Assembly (NCBI GenBank): GCA_900315705.1
Contig: ONAB01000002.1
Coordinates: forward strand, 60,399 to 124,398
Direction: 5' to 3'
Length of the DNA stretch: 64,000 nt
Source: an uncultured Bacteroidales bacterium
Lineage (GTDB): Bacteria > Bacteroidota > Bacteroidia > Bacteroidales > WCHB1-69
Below, piece by piece: positions 18,476 through 27,645 of the stretch (positions are counted from its first letter, which is position 1; each line of letters begins with the position of its first letter). The position numbers and the translations under genes were made by a program. A model generated the notes under the pieces. That model was not told where the DNA came from. It saw only the letters and a list, made by a program, of their open reading frames with translations, and ran no database searches.

Positions 18476-19318
18476 CTACCGTATCACCTTCGTGAACACC
18501 GGCGCTTTGTCTTTCTCCACCGTCACATAAACCTGGATCTCGTCGGTGGACATATTCGGCTTGTCCTCGCGGGGAAGGTTGACGGCGGTAAAGAGGTATT
18601 CGGTGCCGTCGGGAAGGTCGCGGGAGGCCACCGTCTTGGCCTTGGCGTGGATCATCGGGTAGCCATCGACAGCCGCGTCGAAGATGGCGGCCTCGTCAGC
18701 ACTTGCCTCGTGCTGCACGGGAAAGTCCGCCAGTTGGACATATTCACCCTCAAGGAATCCGTTGGCTTTCAGGAAATTGTCCACCTCCTTGGGCATCGCC
18801 TCCAGACGGGCGGCGCGGACTCCGTAGCCAGGCAGTATCTCCGCGTCGGGCTCAGCCGCCGCCAAGTCCTTCACGCTGGATTCCAGTCCGCCGCTGCCGA
18901 AGGTGCAGAACGGCACGATCTTCTTGCCGCTGAAGTCGGCTGCGTTGAGGAAGGTGGTCACGGGCGGCGCGTACGTCCCGAACCACACGGGGAAGCCGAA
19001 GAAGATGACGTCATAGTTGGCGATGTCCGCTTTGACGGGTTGAATCTCGGGAAGGATGCCCTGCTCTTGATCTTTCTTGCAACGGTCGATGGTCGCCTGG
19101 AAATCAGGATCGTAGGGGTCCACCATCGTGATTTCCTCAATGTCGGCACCGAGCTTGTTGGCGATTTCCTCCGCCACGGCCTTGGTATTGCCGGTCTGGG
19201 AGTAGTAGAGGACGAGCATCTTGGGGGCTTCCTCTTTCGGGGTTTCTTTCTTGGAACCGCAGGAGACGGCGGTCAGCGTCACAACTGCGAGGAACAGTAT
19301 CAGTTTGGGACTTTTCAT
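18476..19318 (-). CDS. flavodoxin-like lipoprotein
   Basis: Lipobox LTAVSC and flavodoxin motif LVLYYSQTGNTKAVAEEIA. Start set at ATG 19318, because the longer track ORF reads through REP copy 9. Confidence 0.75.
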   Translation of the reverse strand: MKSPKLILFLAVVTLTAVSCGSKKETPKEEAPKMLVLYYSQTGNTKAVAEEIANKLGADIEEITMVDPYDPDFQATIDRCKKDQEQGILPEIQPVKADIANYDVIFFGFPVWFGTYAPPVTTFLNAADFSGKKIVPFCTFGSGGLESSVKDLAAAEPDAEILPGYGVRAARLEAMPKEVDNFLKANGFLEGEYVQLADFPVQHEASADEAAIFDAAVDGYPMIHAKAKTVASRDLPDGTEYLFTAVNLPREDKPNMSTDEIQVYVTVEKDKAPVFTKVIR

Positions 19319-19344
19319 ACGATTGTTCTTTGAAATTTGAGATG

Positions 19345-19352
19345 CAAAAGTA
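19345..19352 (-). promoter_or_regulatory. candidate -7 box (reverse complement TACTTTTG)
   Basis: 27 nt upstream of ATG 19318 and about 20 nt outside the left end of REP copy 9. Confidence 0.5.
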
Positions 19353-19372
19353 ATATTTTTTCTGATAAATTT

Positions 19373-19433
19373 CCCGCAGACTGCGCAGATTGACGCAGAA
19401 ATAATGTCTGCGTTAATCAGCGGTTTCAGCGGG
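19373..19433. repeat. REP-like palindromic element, copy 9
   Basis: cccgcagactgcgcagattgacgcaga-loop-tctgcgttaatcagcggtttcagcggg, immediately after the stop of the EamA gene. Confidence 0.8.
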
Positions 19434-19436
19434 AGG

Positions 19437-20417
19437 CTAAACGAAGAACAAGCACACCCCCACCACGCTGATGACGGCGCCAATGACCTCGCGTACCGTC
19501 ACTTTCTGGTGGAACAGGATGGCCGCCGGGGCGATGATGAGGATGGGCGTGAGGGCGAAGATGGTCTGCGCGATGCCCGCGGAGGTGTACATCGTGGCCA
19601 ACAGCGACGCGCTCACCCCGATGAACGGTCCGAAGATGGTGGAGGCGAACACGCACCACATCGCCTTGCGGTCGCGGATGGCGCTACGCAACTTCGCCAA
19701 GCCGTCCTTGCTGAACAGCATCAACGACAGAAAGAAGCCCGCCAGTCCGATGTAGGCGCGGATGGTGGTGGCGGCGAAGGGCACGCAGATGCTGACCGGC
19801 AACGGCAGCAACGCCCCCTCAAAGACCGCGTCTTGGGAAATGTTGAGTGTCGAGAGTGCCGCATCGTAGTGCTGGAGTCCCATCTTGCTGATTACCAGTC
19901 CTAAACCTTGGCATATACCGGCCATCGCCGCGTAGAAGATGCCCTTGGCGGGCAACTTGAAACGCAATCCGTGATGTTCCGAATCATCGTTTTTTGAGAG
20001 AATCGACAGGGCGATGCCGCTTAGGGTGACCACCATTCCAAGGATGGCAATCGGGCGCATCTGCTCGCCAAGAAGTATTCGTCCCGTGAGGGCCGCTGTA
20101 GGAGCCGAAAGGGTCATAAAGAGTTGTCCGAACCGCGACCCGATATGGATGTAGCCCTGCATCAGGCAGTAGTCGCCGATGACGTAGCCGACCACGCCCG
20201 AGAGCAGCAGCCAGCCCCACGTGCCGCCGTCGGCATAACGCGGATACGGCACGCCCATCACCAACCAAAGGGTAAGGACGAGGAAACACAGCGACATCGT
20301 CATCCGTATTGTGTTGAACGGCAGCGACCCTATGCGTTTCGAGCCCACTTCGGCGAAGAGTGCCGTGGCGGTCCACGAAAGGGCAACGAACAAGGATATC
20401 AGTTCTCCGAGGAACAT
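19437..20417 (-). CDS. EamA/DMT family transporter
   Basis: 326 aa, about ten hydrophobic helices in two similar halves. Typical drug/metabolite transporter look. Confidence 0.75.
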   Translation of the reverse strand: MFLGELISLFVALSWTATALFAEVGSKRIGSLPFNTIRMTMSLCFLVLTLWLVMGVPYPRYADGGTWGWLLLSGVVGYVIGDYCLMQGYIHIGSRFGQLFMTLSAPTAALTGRILLGEQMRPIAILGMVVTLSGIALSILSKNDDSEHHGLRFKLPAKGIFYAAMAGICQGLGLVISKMGLQHYDAALSTLNISQDAVFEGALLPLPVSICVPFAATTIRAYIGLAGFFLSLMLFSKDGLAKLRSAIRDRKAMWCVFASTIFGPFIGVSASLLATMYTSAGIAQTIFALTPILIIAPAAILFHQKVTVREVIGAVISVVGVCLFFV

Positions 20418-20451
20418 AGGAACAGGTTATAATCATTGTTTTTTGAATTCG

Positions 20452-20459
20452 CAAAAATA
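20452..20459 (-). promoter_or_regulatory. candidate -7 box (reverse complement TATTTTTG)
   Basis: 35 nt upstream of ATG 20417. Confidence 0.45.
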
Positions 20460-20475
20460 CGCAATATTTCGATTT

Positions 20476-21267
20476 TCACATCTCCATCCACATCCTCCGC
20501 TCCTCGTCATCCATCTTTTCGATGGCGTAGCGAAGGGCAGTGCGGGGCATTTCGTGTGCGTGCAGCCGGAGGAACTCTCGCAACAAATCCATATCGATAC
20601 GCTTCCCCATCTCGCGGAGCATCCAGCCGACCGCCTTCTGCATCAGGTCGTGCGGGTGGTGCAGGTGTATTTCGGCATAGCGCAAACACCACCACGAGTC
20701 GCCCTGTTGCAGGGTTTTCCACGTGCAGACCATGCTCATCCGCTGCTTCCAGAGGCAAGGACTGGCAGCTAATTCGTCCATCACTTGCACCTTATAGTCT
20801 TCGTGCATATCCAGTTCGTTACCGCCAAGGAATGTTGGAAGTAACAGCCAGTTGCCCAATATCTTGTGGGTGGATAAATCCACTAGATCCCAGTTGTTGG
20901 CCCGTTCGGCATATTGCAGATACAGGGTGAGGATTTCGTCTCGCCAACGTGCCGCTTCCGCATTGTTAGCCAAGCGTTTCGTGGCTAATTTCTCAAATTT
21001 CGCAACAAGAATCAGCAGACCGCAGAGCCGCACCTCGTGCCACTTCGACATCAGTAGCTCGGGCACCTCGTTAAGCGGGAAATCCTTTGCAACGGCCTTC
21101 ACCACCTCGCGGGTCTGCGGCACCTTCAGCCCGAGGAACTCGTCGCCCTCGCCATATTGTCCCGGCCCCGTCTTGAAAAACCGCATCAGCACCGCCCGCT
21201 GCTTCTCGTTGCGGAGGGATTCGAGGTAGGCGATGGTGTCGGGGACGGGAAGATTAGTGTGAATCAT
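20476..21267 (-). CDS. DNA alkylation repair protein (AlkD-like HEAT-repeat family)
   Basis: N-terminal LMRFFKTGPGQYGEGDEFLGLKVPQTREV and an all-helical repeat character match this family as I recall it. Confidence 0.7.
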   Translation of the reverse strand: MIHTNLPVPDTIAYLESLRNEKQRAVLMRFFKTGPGQYGEGDEFLGLKVPQTREVVKAVAKDFPLNEVPELLMSKWHEVRLCGLLILVAKFEKLATKRLANNAEAARWRDEILTLYLQYAERANNWDLVDLSTHKILGNWLLLPTFLGGNELDMHEDYKVQVMDELAASPCLWKQRMSMVCTWKTLQQGDSWWCLRYAEIHLHHPHDLMQKAVGWMLREMGKRIDMDLLREFLRLHAHEMPRTALRYAIEKMDDEERRMWMEM

Positions 21268-21332
21268 ATATTGTTATTTATTAGGTCAATCGGGTTGCAG
21301 AGGGCGTTTGGACACAAGCATCATCTTTCCAA

Positions 21333-24300
21333 TCAATAATTTCTTTTCAATGTTATGAAATCAGATATCAATGAAATATACCCTTCTTTAATCTGATCCT
21401 CTGTCACATTATCATTGATATTGTCTCTTTTGACAACATGAATCATATATGGAGTGATGTATTCTCCTAACTTACTTCTTATATAATTACGAATCTCATC
21501 ATCTTTCATATTTATTGTTGAATTAAGCAAATCGTCCACCTGCCCTTTTTTTGAGAAAGGAGAATAGATGTAACAATTGCTGTAATTAGGAAAATGTTCA
21601 AAACCTGAAATATAATTTCGTTTAACCACAATTGTCGAGTATTGTTTTAAACCAAATATTGCACTACGTGAACCATGATAATAATCCAATTGCTCTAACT
21701 TAAGCAAATATTCTGTCTCCTTACCACATGTGACAAGATTAGGCCTATAAGATTTGGAATCATCACTATCAAGTTTGTATATTGAACAACGATTGTTATA
21801 TTCTATGATTTCAGTGCACATAAAATTAAACATCAAAGCAACGCCCAAAAAATCGTCTCCCCAAAGGGCCACTTTGTTTTTTAACAAACTCCCGAATTCC
21901 TCTTCGATCCTTTGTTGTTCCTCTGGGATTATCGTATTATAACCATTCGTTTTAAAACCCCCGACCAAATATAACGAAGAACTCTCAAAAAATTTTTTTG
22001 CATTTATCTCTTTATTATTGTAAGAAATTATATTACTTGGAAGCTTTATTTTTTCTAGAACAGATGATTCACAGGAATCAATACGGCAAGCCATTGCTGT
22101 TAAACAATAGTTTAAATATTGAGCATCCAAATCGTGCTTTTTGTTTCCCCTTTTTTTATACATTTCTTTAAATATATTCCCGATAATTCTAATAAAATCT
22201 GGGAAAAGTATGTTTAACAGAGTGTCAGAAATCCATCGTCTTCCATTATAGGTGAGATTATCACGTGATAAGTCCACTATCTTGTCAGTTGTCTGATTGT
22301 GCAAATTCCACTCAAATCCCGAATGTGCTGTTAGAAAGTAATTAAATTTTGCATTAGAAACTAGAACATCTCGAAGGAAAAGTCTTTGCGGAAGATGGTA
22401 GTTACTTAGTTCTTTATCAAACCAGATTGTAAAAGCAGACCCGTACTTCTTTTCAGAAATCTTGAATAATAGATAATCATCTTGGAATCCACATGCAACT
22501 TTATAATCTCCAGACAGATATGCGGTAGCACAATCATTTGTTTTGTTTATTAGAGAGAATTTTCTTTCAGGATTCTCTGGTTCGTACTGAAAAACGTAAT
22601 ACTCTATTCCTCTGAATGTGTTTAATACAAACTCGTCGATTTTTGCTAAGTACACATCATCTCCTTCACCCTTAAAGACATCCACTTTCCCTAAGACATC
22701 CCAGCTAAAAGTAGTCCCAAACAATTCGCTGAATCGTTCCTTGGGAACTTCAACTTTTACGGTTGTCCCTCTTTTTCGCTCAATATTTTCTTCAACGATG
22801 GAACTATATTGATTCTCTGCGGCGGATCTGAAAATGATCCGTTTACTTTTTTCCCCAGGGTAAGAAGTTTCAACCTCAAAAGTAGGTGCAACAAAAAAAA
22901 CAGATTGTAAACCAATTCCAAATGCTGCTGTAGGTTTCAGCCAATATGGCATTGATTGATATACACTATTATAATCGGGGTCTTTCGAATGACTTTCTCC
23001 AACATGTTGGGTCATTCTTAATAAAGTTGCTTCTGAGATGCCTGTTCCACGATCCTCACATTCAAAACATAAGACGTTTTTTTCCTTATCTTTCCACTTT
23101 ATCGAAAGTTTTACTGGATATTGGTTATAAATCATTGGCATAATATCGTCCGGAAAGATAACATCTTCAATTCGTTTGCTTTGCTCAACAAAATATGAAT
23201 CATAAAAACCGGAACAAATATCCGTCCACATCTGTAGCTTACTCGCATCAAAAGCATTTTGAACAATTTCTCTAATAAATGCAAATCCAGGTTCTTTATA
23301 TATTCCTCCACCTTGTATGATTTCGAACATCTTTTTTTGAGACATTGTGAATCTCAAATTAAGAAGCTCTGGTTTCGCCTGTATTCCATTATAAAGAATC
23401 TTAATGCTATCCTTACTGATCACTGGTGGCAACCCTCCTATTTCTTCTGGGACAATATTGGTCCATTCACGACTTTGATTGTTGACCTCTTTTTCTAACC
23501 AATCAAACCAACTTCTCGAGACTCGATACACTTTCTCATCAGGACAATCTAATTCAGCCTCAATTGCTGTTGGAGAAACTAGTTTGTGTTTCACAGAAGC
23601 ATGTTTCAATTGGTGAACTTTTGATATTTCTGGCATTTCCTTCAAAGAAGCGTTGGCATATAAATTAAATCGATTGCTATCAAAATCTAGCAAATCACCT
23701 AATCTCACCATACATGCAATAAAACGAGGATGAATATAGTCCCTCTTAAAACCGTCTGCTTTAAAATATAATTGAGACATTACTTCATCAAAACTTTGTC
23801 CATGCAAATATGCTACATTTGCCAACAAATCAACAAATCTATTAGGTAACTGATCCGCATGATAGTTTTCAGCAAGTTTTTTAAAATCAGTATCTGTCTT
23901 CAGATATTCTGCACTCAATTTCGCATGTTTATTTCTAAACAACTCTGCAGTTATGATAACAACAGCATTTTTAATCTCCAAAGCCCATTTAAATCCATCA
24001 TAGTCATTACACTTATCCGGTTTTTCTTTATAAAAACGCATAATCAACTTTGCAGCATCTGACACTACTATATCGTCACTATTGGAAATATTCTCCAACA
24101 TTTTCTCGAAATCAGATTTGGCCCATTCTTTTTCTATCATTTTATATGTCAATATCATGCCTATGTCATGTGTAAGACTTGCCATCAACAACAAAAATGT
24201 ATCAGTAGCACCTAAACACTTTATACGTTCTGTGCCTAAAAAACTCTGAATATTGTCAATGATAGAATATGAGTGACTTGCATCATGTAAACTAAAATTG

Positions 24301-24452
24301 GGATAGTTTATAGAAACGACATTTAATCCTTGAGTCAAGTTTTTCTTATTAAGATCCCAGATTGAATACAACAATTCGTATTCTTTGTCTTTATCAGATA
24401 AACATTTTAAATGCTTCTCTAAAGTATAATTATTGTCAGTAATATCTCCCAT
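21333..24452 (-). CDS. large HD-domain + GHKL (Hsp90/MORC-type) ATPase fusion protein
   Basis: HD motifs SLHDASHS, LTHDIGM, RLGDLLDFD in the N-terminal ~300 aa. GHKL motifs IREIVQNAFDA (N box), EDRGTGIS (G1), AFGIGLQSVF (G2) from about residue 390. AT-rich; lies 45 nt downstream of the type IIG gene. Confidence 0.7.
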   Translation of the reverse strand: MGDITDNNYTLEKHLKCLSDKDKEYELLYSIWDLNKKNLTQGLNVVSINYPNFSLHDASHSYSIIDNIQSFLGTERIKCLGATDTFLLLMASLTHDIGMILTYKMIEKEWAKSDFEKMLENISNSDDIVVSDAAKLIMRFYKEKPDKCNDYDGFKWALEIKNAVVIITAELFRNKHAKLSAEYLKTDTDFKKLAENYHADQLPNRFVDLLANVAYLHGQSFDEVMSQLYFKADGFKRDYIHPRFIACMVRLGDLLDFDSNRFNLYANASLKEMPEISKVHQLKHASVKHKLVSPTAIEAELDCPDEKVYRVSRSWFDWLEKEVNNQSREWTNIVPEEIGGLPPVISKDSIKILYNGIQAKPELLNLRFTMSQKKMFEIIQGGGIYKEPGFAFIREIVQNAFDASKLQMWTDICSGFYDSYFVEQSKRIEDVIFPDDIMPMIYNQYPVKLSIKWKDKEKNVLCFECEDRGTGISEATLLRMTQHVGESHSKDPDYNSVYQSMPYWLKPTAAFGIGLQSVFFVAPTFEVETSYPGEKSKRIIFRSAAENQYSSIVEENIERKRGTTVKVEVPKERFSELFGTTFSWDVLGKVDVFKGEGDDVYLAKIDEFVLNTFRGIEYYVFQYEPENPERKFSLINKTNDCATAYLSGDYKVACGFQDDYLLFKISEKKYGSAFTIWFDKELSNYHLPQRLFLRDVLVSNAKFNYFLTAHSGFEWNLHNQTTDKIVDLSRDNLTYNGRRWISDTLLNILFPDFIRIIGNIFKEMYKKRGNKKHDLDAQYLNYCLTAMACRIDSCESSVLEKIKLPSNIISYNNKEINAKKFFESSSLYLVGGFKTNGYNTIIPEEQQRIEEEFGSLLKNKVALWGDDFLGVALMFNFMCTEIIEYNNRCSIYKLDSDDSKSYRPNLVTCGKETEYLLKLEQLDYYHGSRSAIFGLKQYSTIVVKRNYISGFEHFPNYSNCYIYSPFSKKGQVDDLLNSTINMKDDEIRNYIRSKLGEYITPYMIHVVKRDNINDNVTEDQIKEGYISLISDFITLKRNY

Positions 24453-24497
24453 AATATGTATATGTTTTTTTTATAATGTTCGTAATTATAAGCTTTT

Positions 24498-27479
24498 TTA
24501 CTTCCCTTCCACCACCTCAATCTCCTCTTCCGTCAACCCATACAACTCATACACCTTTTTATCAATTTCCTTGTCGGTAGTTTCAATTTGGGTTTTGAGG
24601 GACTGACATTCGGTTTTGTATTGGTTGAAATATTCTTCCCATTCGTCTTGTTGAACGAGGGTGAGTTTGATTTTCTGTTTCTTGAGTTCTGCCACAAAGC
24701 CTGCAAAATCAAGATTATCGAAAGTTTCTAATGCTCCGTTGATTTTGATTTCCGACATATTATCCTGCAAACGACGCAAGAACCGCGCACGCTTCTCCTG
24801 TAAATCTTTATTCAGCGCAAGCATGGTGTCAGCAAGCTCAATAAACGGCTGTTGGTTGGCACATTCCGGAATGGGAATATTCTCTAATTGATTTGTCTTA
24901 ATATGCAAACCTGCAGGGTATATTTTCTTAAACCACGTATTTATCAGTTTAGAATTGAGTAGCACCAAAATATACTCAAAAGAATATCGATCATCAAGAT
25001 TGAAGATAATATTCAATGTATCATTACACAAATATTTGTTTGTGTCAAGAGTTGCCGTAATTTCAGTAGCAATGTCTTGGATAACAATCTTTTTATCAAC
25101 AACAAAGTTTTCAAAAATACGTGGTCTTCCTCCAGGCTTTTCACAAATCAATTCTGGTTTATACCAAAGCCACTCATCATTTTGAGGTGTATTCCAACGT
25201 TTAACATTTCTTCCTCGAATGAACAAATGGCAATCATCATCTTTCTTTTCTTCAAAAACAAATCGAGCATCATCACTTGTTTTTATACCGAGAGAAAAAG
25301 AAGCAATCTCTTTAAGAATAGTTGTTGGTATATTGTCTAATTTTAAGGCTCTTTCAAATGAAAATGATGCATTTGGGCTATCCAAAATTTGCTGATAAGG
25401 AAGTACAAAATCTTTTGGTATAAAATCATTGTTGGTAAATTCCTCTAGTTTGATAATGTCTGTTGAAAAGGGCTTTTTGTTTGTATAGAAGCACAACATG
25501 GTTGTAACTGTTGCATCTGTAAATACATCTGCGGGCAGTTTAACCAACTTAGTAACTTTAACTTCTGTAGATAGGAATTGCCTAAAAGAAGAAAAACTAT
25601 CTGTGCCAAGCCAACTATTCGGGAATATAAATCCAAATAAACCATCTTCTTTTAACAATATAGAAGCTTTTTCTGTAAAGATAGAATATAAATCGGACTT
25701 GTTCTTTACCGTTTTATAGTTTTTTTGAAAATACTTGCGTTGGTTCTCATCAAGAATGTTGACCATATTCACATACGGCGGATTACCGATAACTACATCA
25801 AAACCGCCTTTCTCGAACACTTGCGGAAATTCTTTTTTCCAATCAAACGCCTTTTCGCCGGCAATGGAAGGATCGGAAATCAACGAGTTGCCGCATTTAA
25901 TGTTATTATTCAGCGAGTTTAGTTTGCGATGCGGTTTGGCGGTACGAAGCCATAGTGCTAATTTGGCTATCTCTACACTCTCTTCGTTAATATCCACGCC
26001 ATAGAGGTTATTTTCCAAAATGCTGTTTTCCACATTCTGGAACACAATCGATCCCCCTGTAACTTTGGTTTCCATCTCGTCAATGAGTTTGTGTTCATTA
26101 ATAAGGAAAGCCAATGCAGCATTGAGGAACGCTCCACTTCCGCAGGCAGGGTCGCAGATGGTGATTTGCAGCAACCATTCACGATATTGGTTCAGCTGGT
26201 TGACAAGTTTTATCTTGGTCTGTTTTTGGCGTTTTTGGTCGGAAAAATAATCCTCTTCCACCATACCCAATTCCGCTTTCTTCTCGGAACAGAGTTTTCC
26301 CACCGTGTTTTCAACTATGTATTTTGTGATATACTGCGGTGTATAGAAAACTCCGTCACGCTTGCGTTTAGAAACCGCAGGAACCTTTTCGCCACTATTG
26401 ATCTGCGCCGTTACCTCTTCTATCTCATTGAGCGAGTTTTCAAAAATATGTCCGAGAATATTCACATCCACCTCGCTAGCGTAGTCGTATTCCGACAACC
26501 GACGCGTGAAGCGGGCCAACAATTCATCGCTGATTTTCAACCCGTCTAATATCTCGTCGGGTTTAAATAAACCGCCGTTATAGGCAAAGATCTCGTATTT
26601 TTTGCCCTTGAACCCCGTGTCGAGATATCCGAAATACTTTTTGATGCGTGCATAAAGCGGCACATACTCGTCCATCTCTTTCAATTGTTCCCATTGTTCA
26701 AGAATCATTACCATAGAGTTCGGCGGCAACAGTCCGCAGTCCTCGGCAAAGAAGATGAACAGAAGCCGGTCAAGCAGTTTTTGGGTCTTCCTGAAAAGCA
26801 AAAGAATATGCTCTTTGGGCGTGTTCTCGTCCGTGTTATGGGCTACGATATCCGCAAAAATTTCGCGCTTAAATGCCGAATAGTCTTTGTATAGTTGCTG
26901 TGTAATCTGGTCTTCCGAAGAAACCGACTCGCTTTTCACCTTCAACGCGACACCATTCTTCACCTGTGTCCAAGCTATGCAAAGATACAACTCGTTGAAC
27001 TCGTCTTCGGTCATGGCGAAGAGATTCCACTCACGAAAATCAACGGCATTATCTATATAAAGACGCAATTTTTCAAAATTTGAAATAATTACATATCTGG
27101 CATCGCGGTGTTTGCTCTTGTAACCGAACGCTTGTTGCTCAATCTTGCTTAAATCGGTGGTTTTGTGGTCTTTCAACTCAACAACACCAATCACTTTGTC
27201 ATCAAGCAGAATGGCTCCGTCGGCTTTCTTTGAGTTGGTCTCATTCTTTTGTTCGGTAATCAGATTGTAGTCGGGCGAAGGATTCAGCGTATACCCCAAA
27301 ACCTTTACAAACAATTCCCGAAGAAAACCTTCTTGAAACTGTTCCTCTTTGCTTTGCTGTATGTTTGACTGGATATCGGGGTTGAGAAAGTAACTTTTGT
27401 ACTGGTTCCACGCCAGACCAGTTACCTCCAGCGGCAAAGTGGCAAGATATTTTTTGACAATATTCTTTTGAAATAACAT
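24498..27479 (-). CDS. type IIG restriction-modification enzyme (MmeI-like nuclease/N6-adenine methyltransferase/TRD fusion)
   Basis: N-terminal D...ExK nuclease motif (ADGAILLDDKVIGVVELKD). FYTPQYI, AdoMet motif ICDPACGSGAFL, catalytic VIGNPPYV. About 350-aa C-terminal specificity region. Confidence 0.8.
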   Translation of the reverse strand: MLFQKNIVKKYLATLPLEVTGLAWNQYKSYFLNPDIQSNIQQSKEEQFQEGFLRELFVKVLGYTLNPSPDYNLITEQKNETNSKKADGAILLDDKVIGVVELKDHKTTDLSKIEQQAFGYKSKHRDARYVIISNFEKLRLYIDNAVDFREWNLFAMTEDEFNELYLCIAWTQVKNGVALKVKSESVSSEDQITQQLYKDYSAFKREIFADIVAHNTDENTPKEHILLLFRKTQKLLDRLLFIFFAEDCGLLPPNSMVMILEQWEQLKEMDEYVPLYARIKKYFGYLDTGFKGKKYEIFAYNGGLFKPDEILDGLKISDELLARFTRRLSEYDYASEVDVNILGHIFENSLNEIEEVTAQINSGEKVPAVSKRKRDGVFYTPQYITKYIVENTVGKLCSEKKAELGMVEEDYFSDQKRQKQTKIKLVNQLNQYREWLLQITICDPACGSGAFLNAALAFLINEHKLIDEMETKVTGGSIVFQNVENSILENNLYGVDINEESVEIAKLALWLRTAKPHRKLNSLNNNIKCGNSLISDPSIAGEKAFDWKKEFPQVFEKGGFDVVIGNPPYVNMVNILDENQRKYFQKNYKTVKNKSDLYSIFTEKASILLKEDGLFGFIFPNSWLGTDSFSSFRQFLSTEVKVTKLVKLPADVFTDATVTTMLCFYTNKKPFSTDIIKLEEFTNNDFIPKDFVLPYQQILDSPNASFSFERALKLDNIPTTILKEIASFSLGIKTSDDARFVFEEKKDDDCHLFIRGRNVKRWNTPQNDEWLWYKPELICEKPGGRPRIFENFVVDKKIVIQDIATEITATLDTNKYLCNDTLNIIFNLDDRYSFEYILVLLNSKLINTWFKKIYPAGLHIKTNQLENIPIPECANQQPFIELADTMLALNKDLQEKRARFLRRLQDNMSEIKINGALETFDNLDFAGFVAELKKQKIKLTLVQQDEWEEYFNQYKTECQSLKTQIETTDKEIDKKVYELYGLTEEEIEVVEGK

Positions 27480-27521
27480 AATTCAAATTTTTCTATCTAA
27501 TATTCATTCCAGTTCCTTCGG

Positions 27522-27529
27522 CAAAACTA
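27522..27529 (-). promoter_or_regulatory. candidate -7 box (reverse complement TAGTTTTG)
   Basis: 43 nt upstream of ATG 27479. Confidence 0.4.
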
Positions 27530-27645
27530 TTTTTTCACCCCTTCAAACACCCCTCTGGTGCCACATAAATGCCATTTTGGGCTGTCAGGAGCATCATTTT
27601 GCTTTATTCAAATCTGTTTTAATTCTGATTGGTTCATATTGCAAC

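Noticed and set aside
18647-19333. 228-aa plus-strand ORF
   Set aside because: It is antisense to the flavodoxin-like lipoprotein gene and shows Gly/Arg/Val/His-rich shadow translation.
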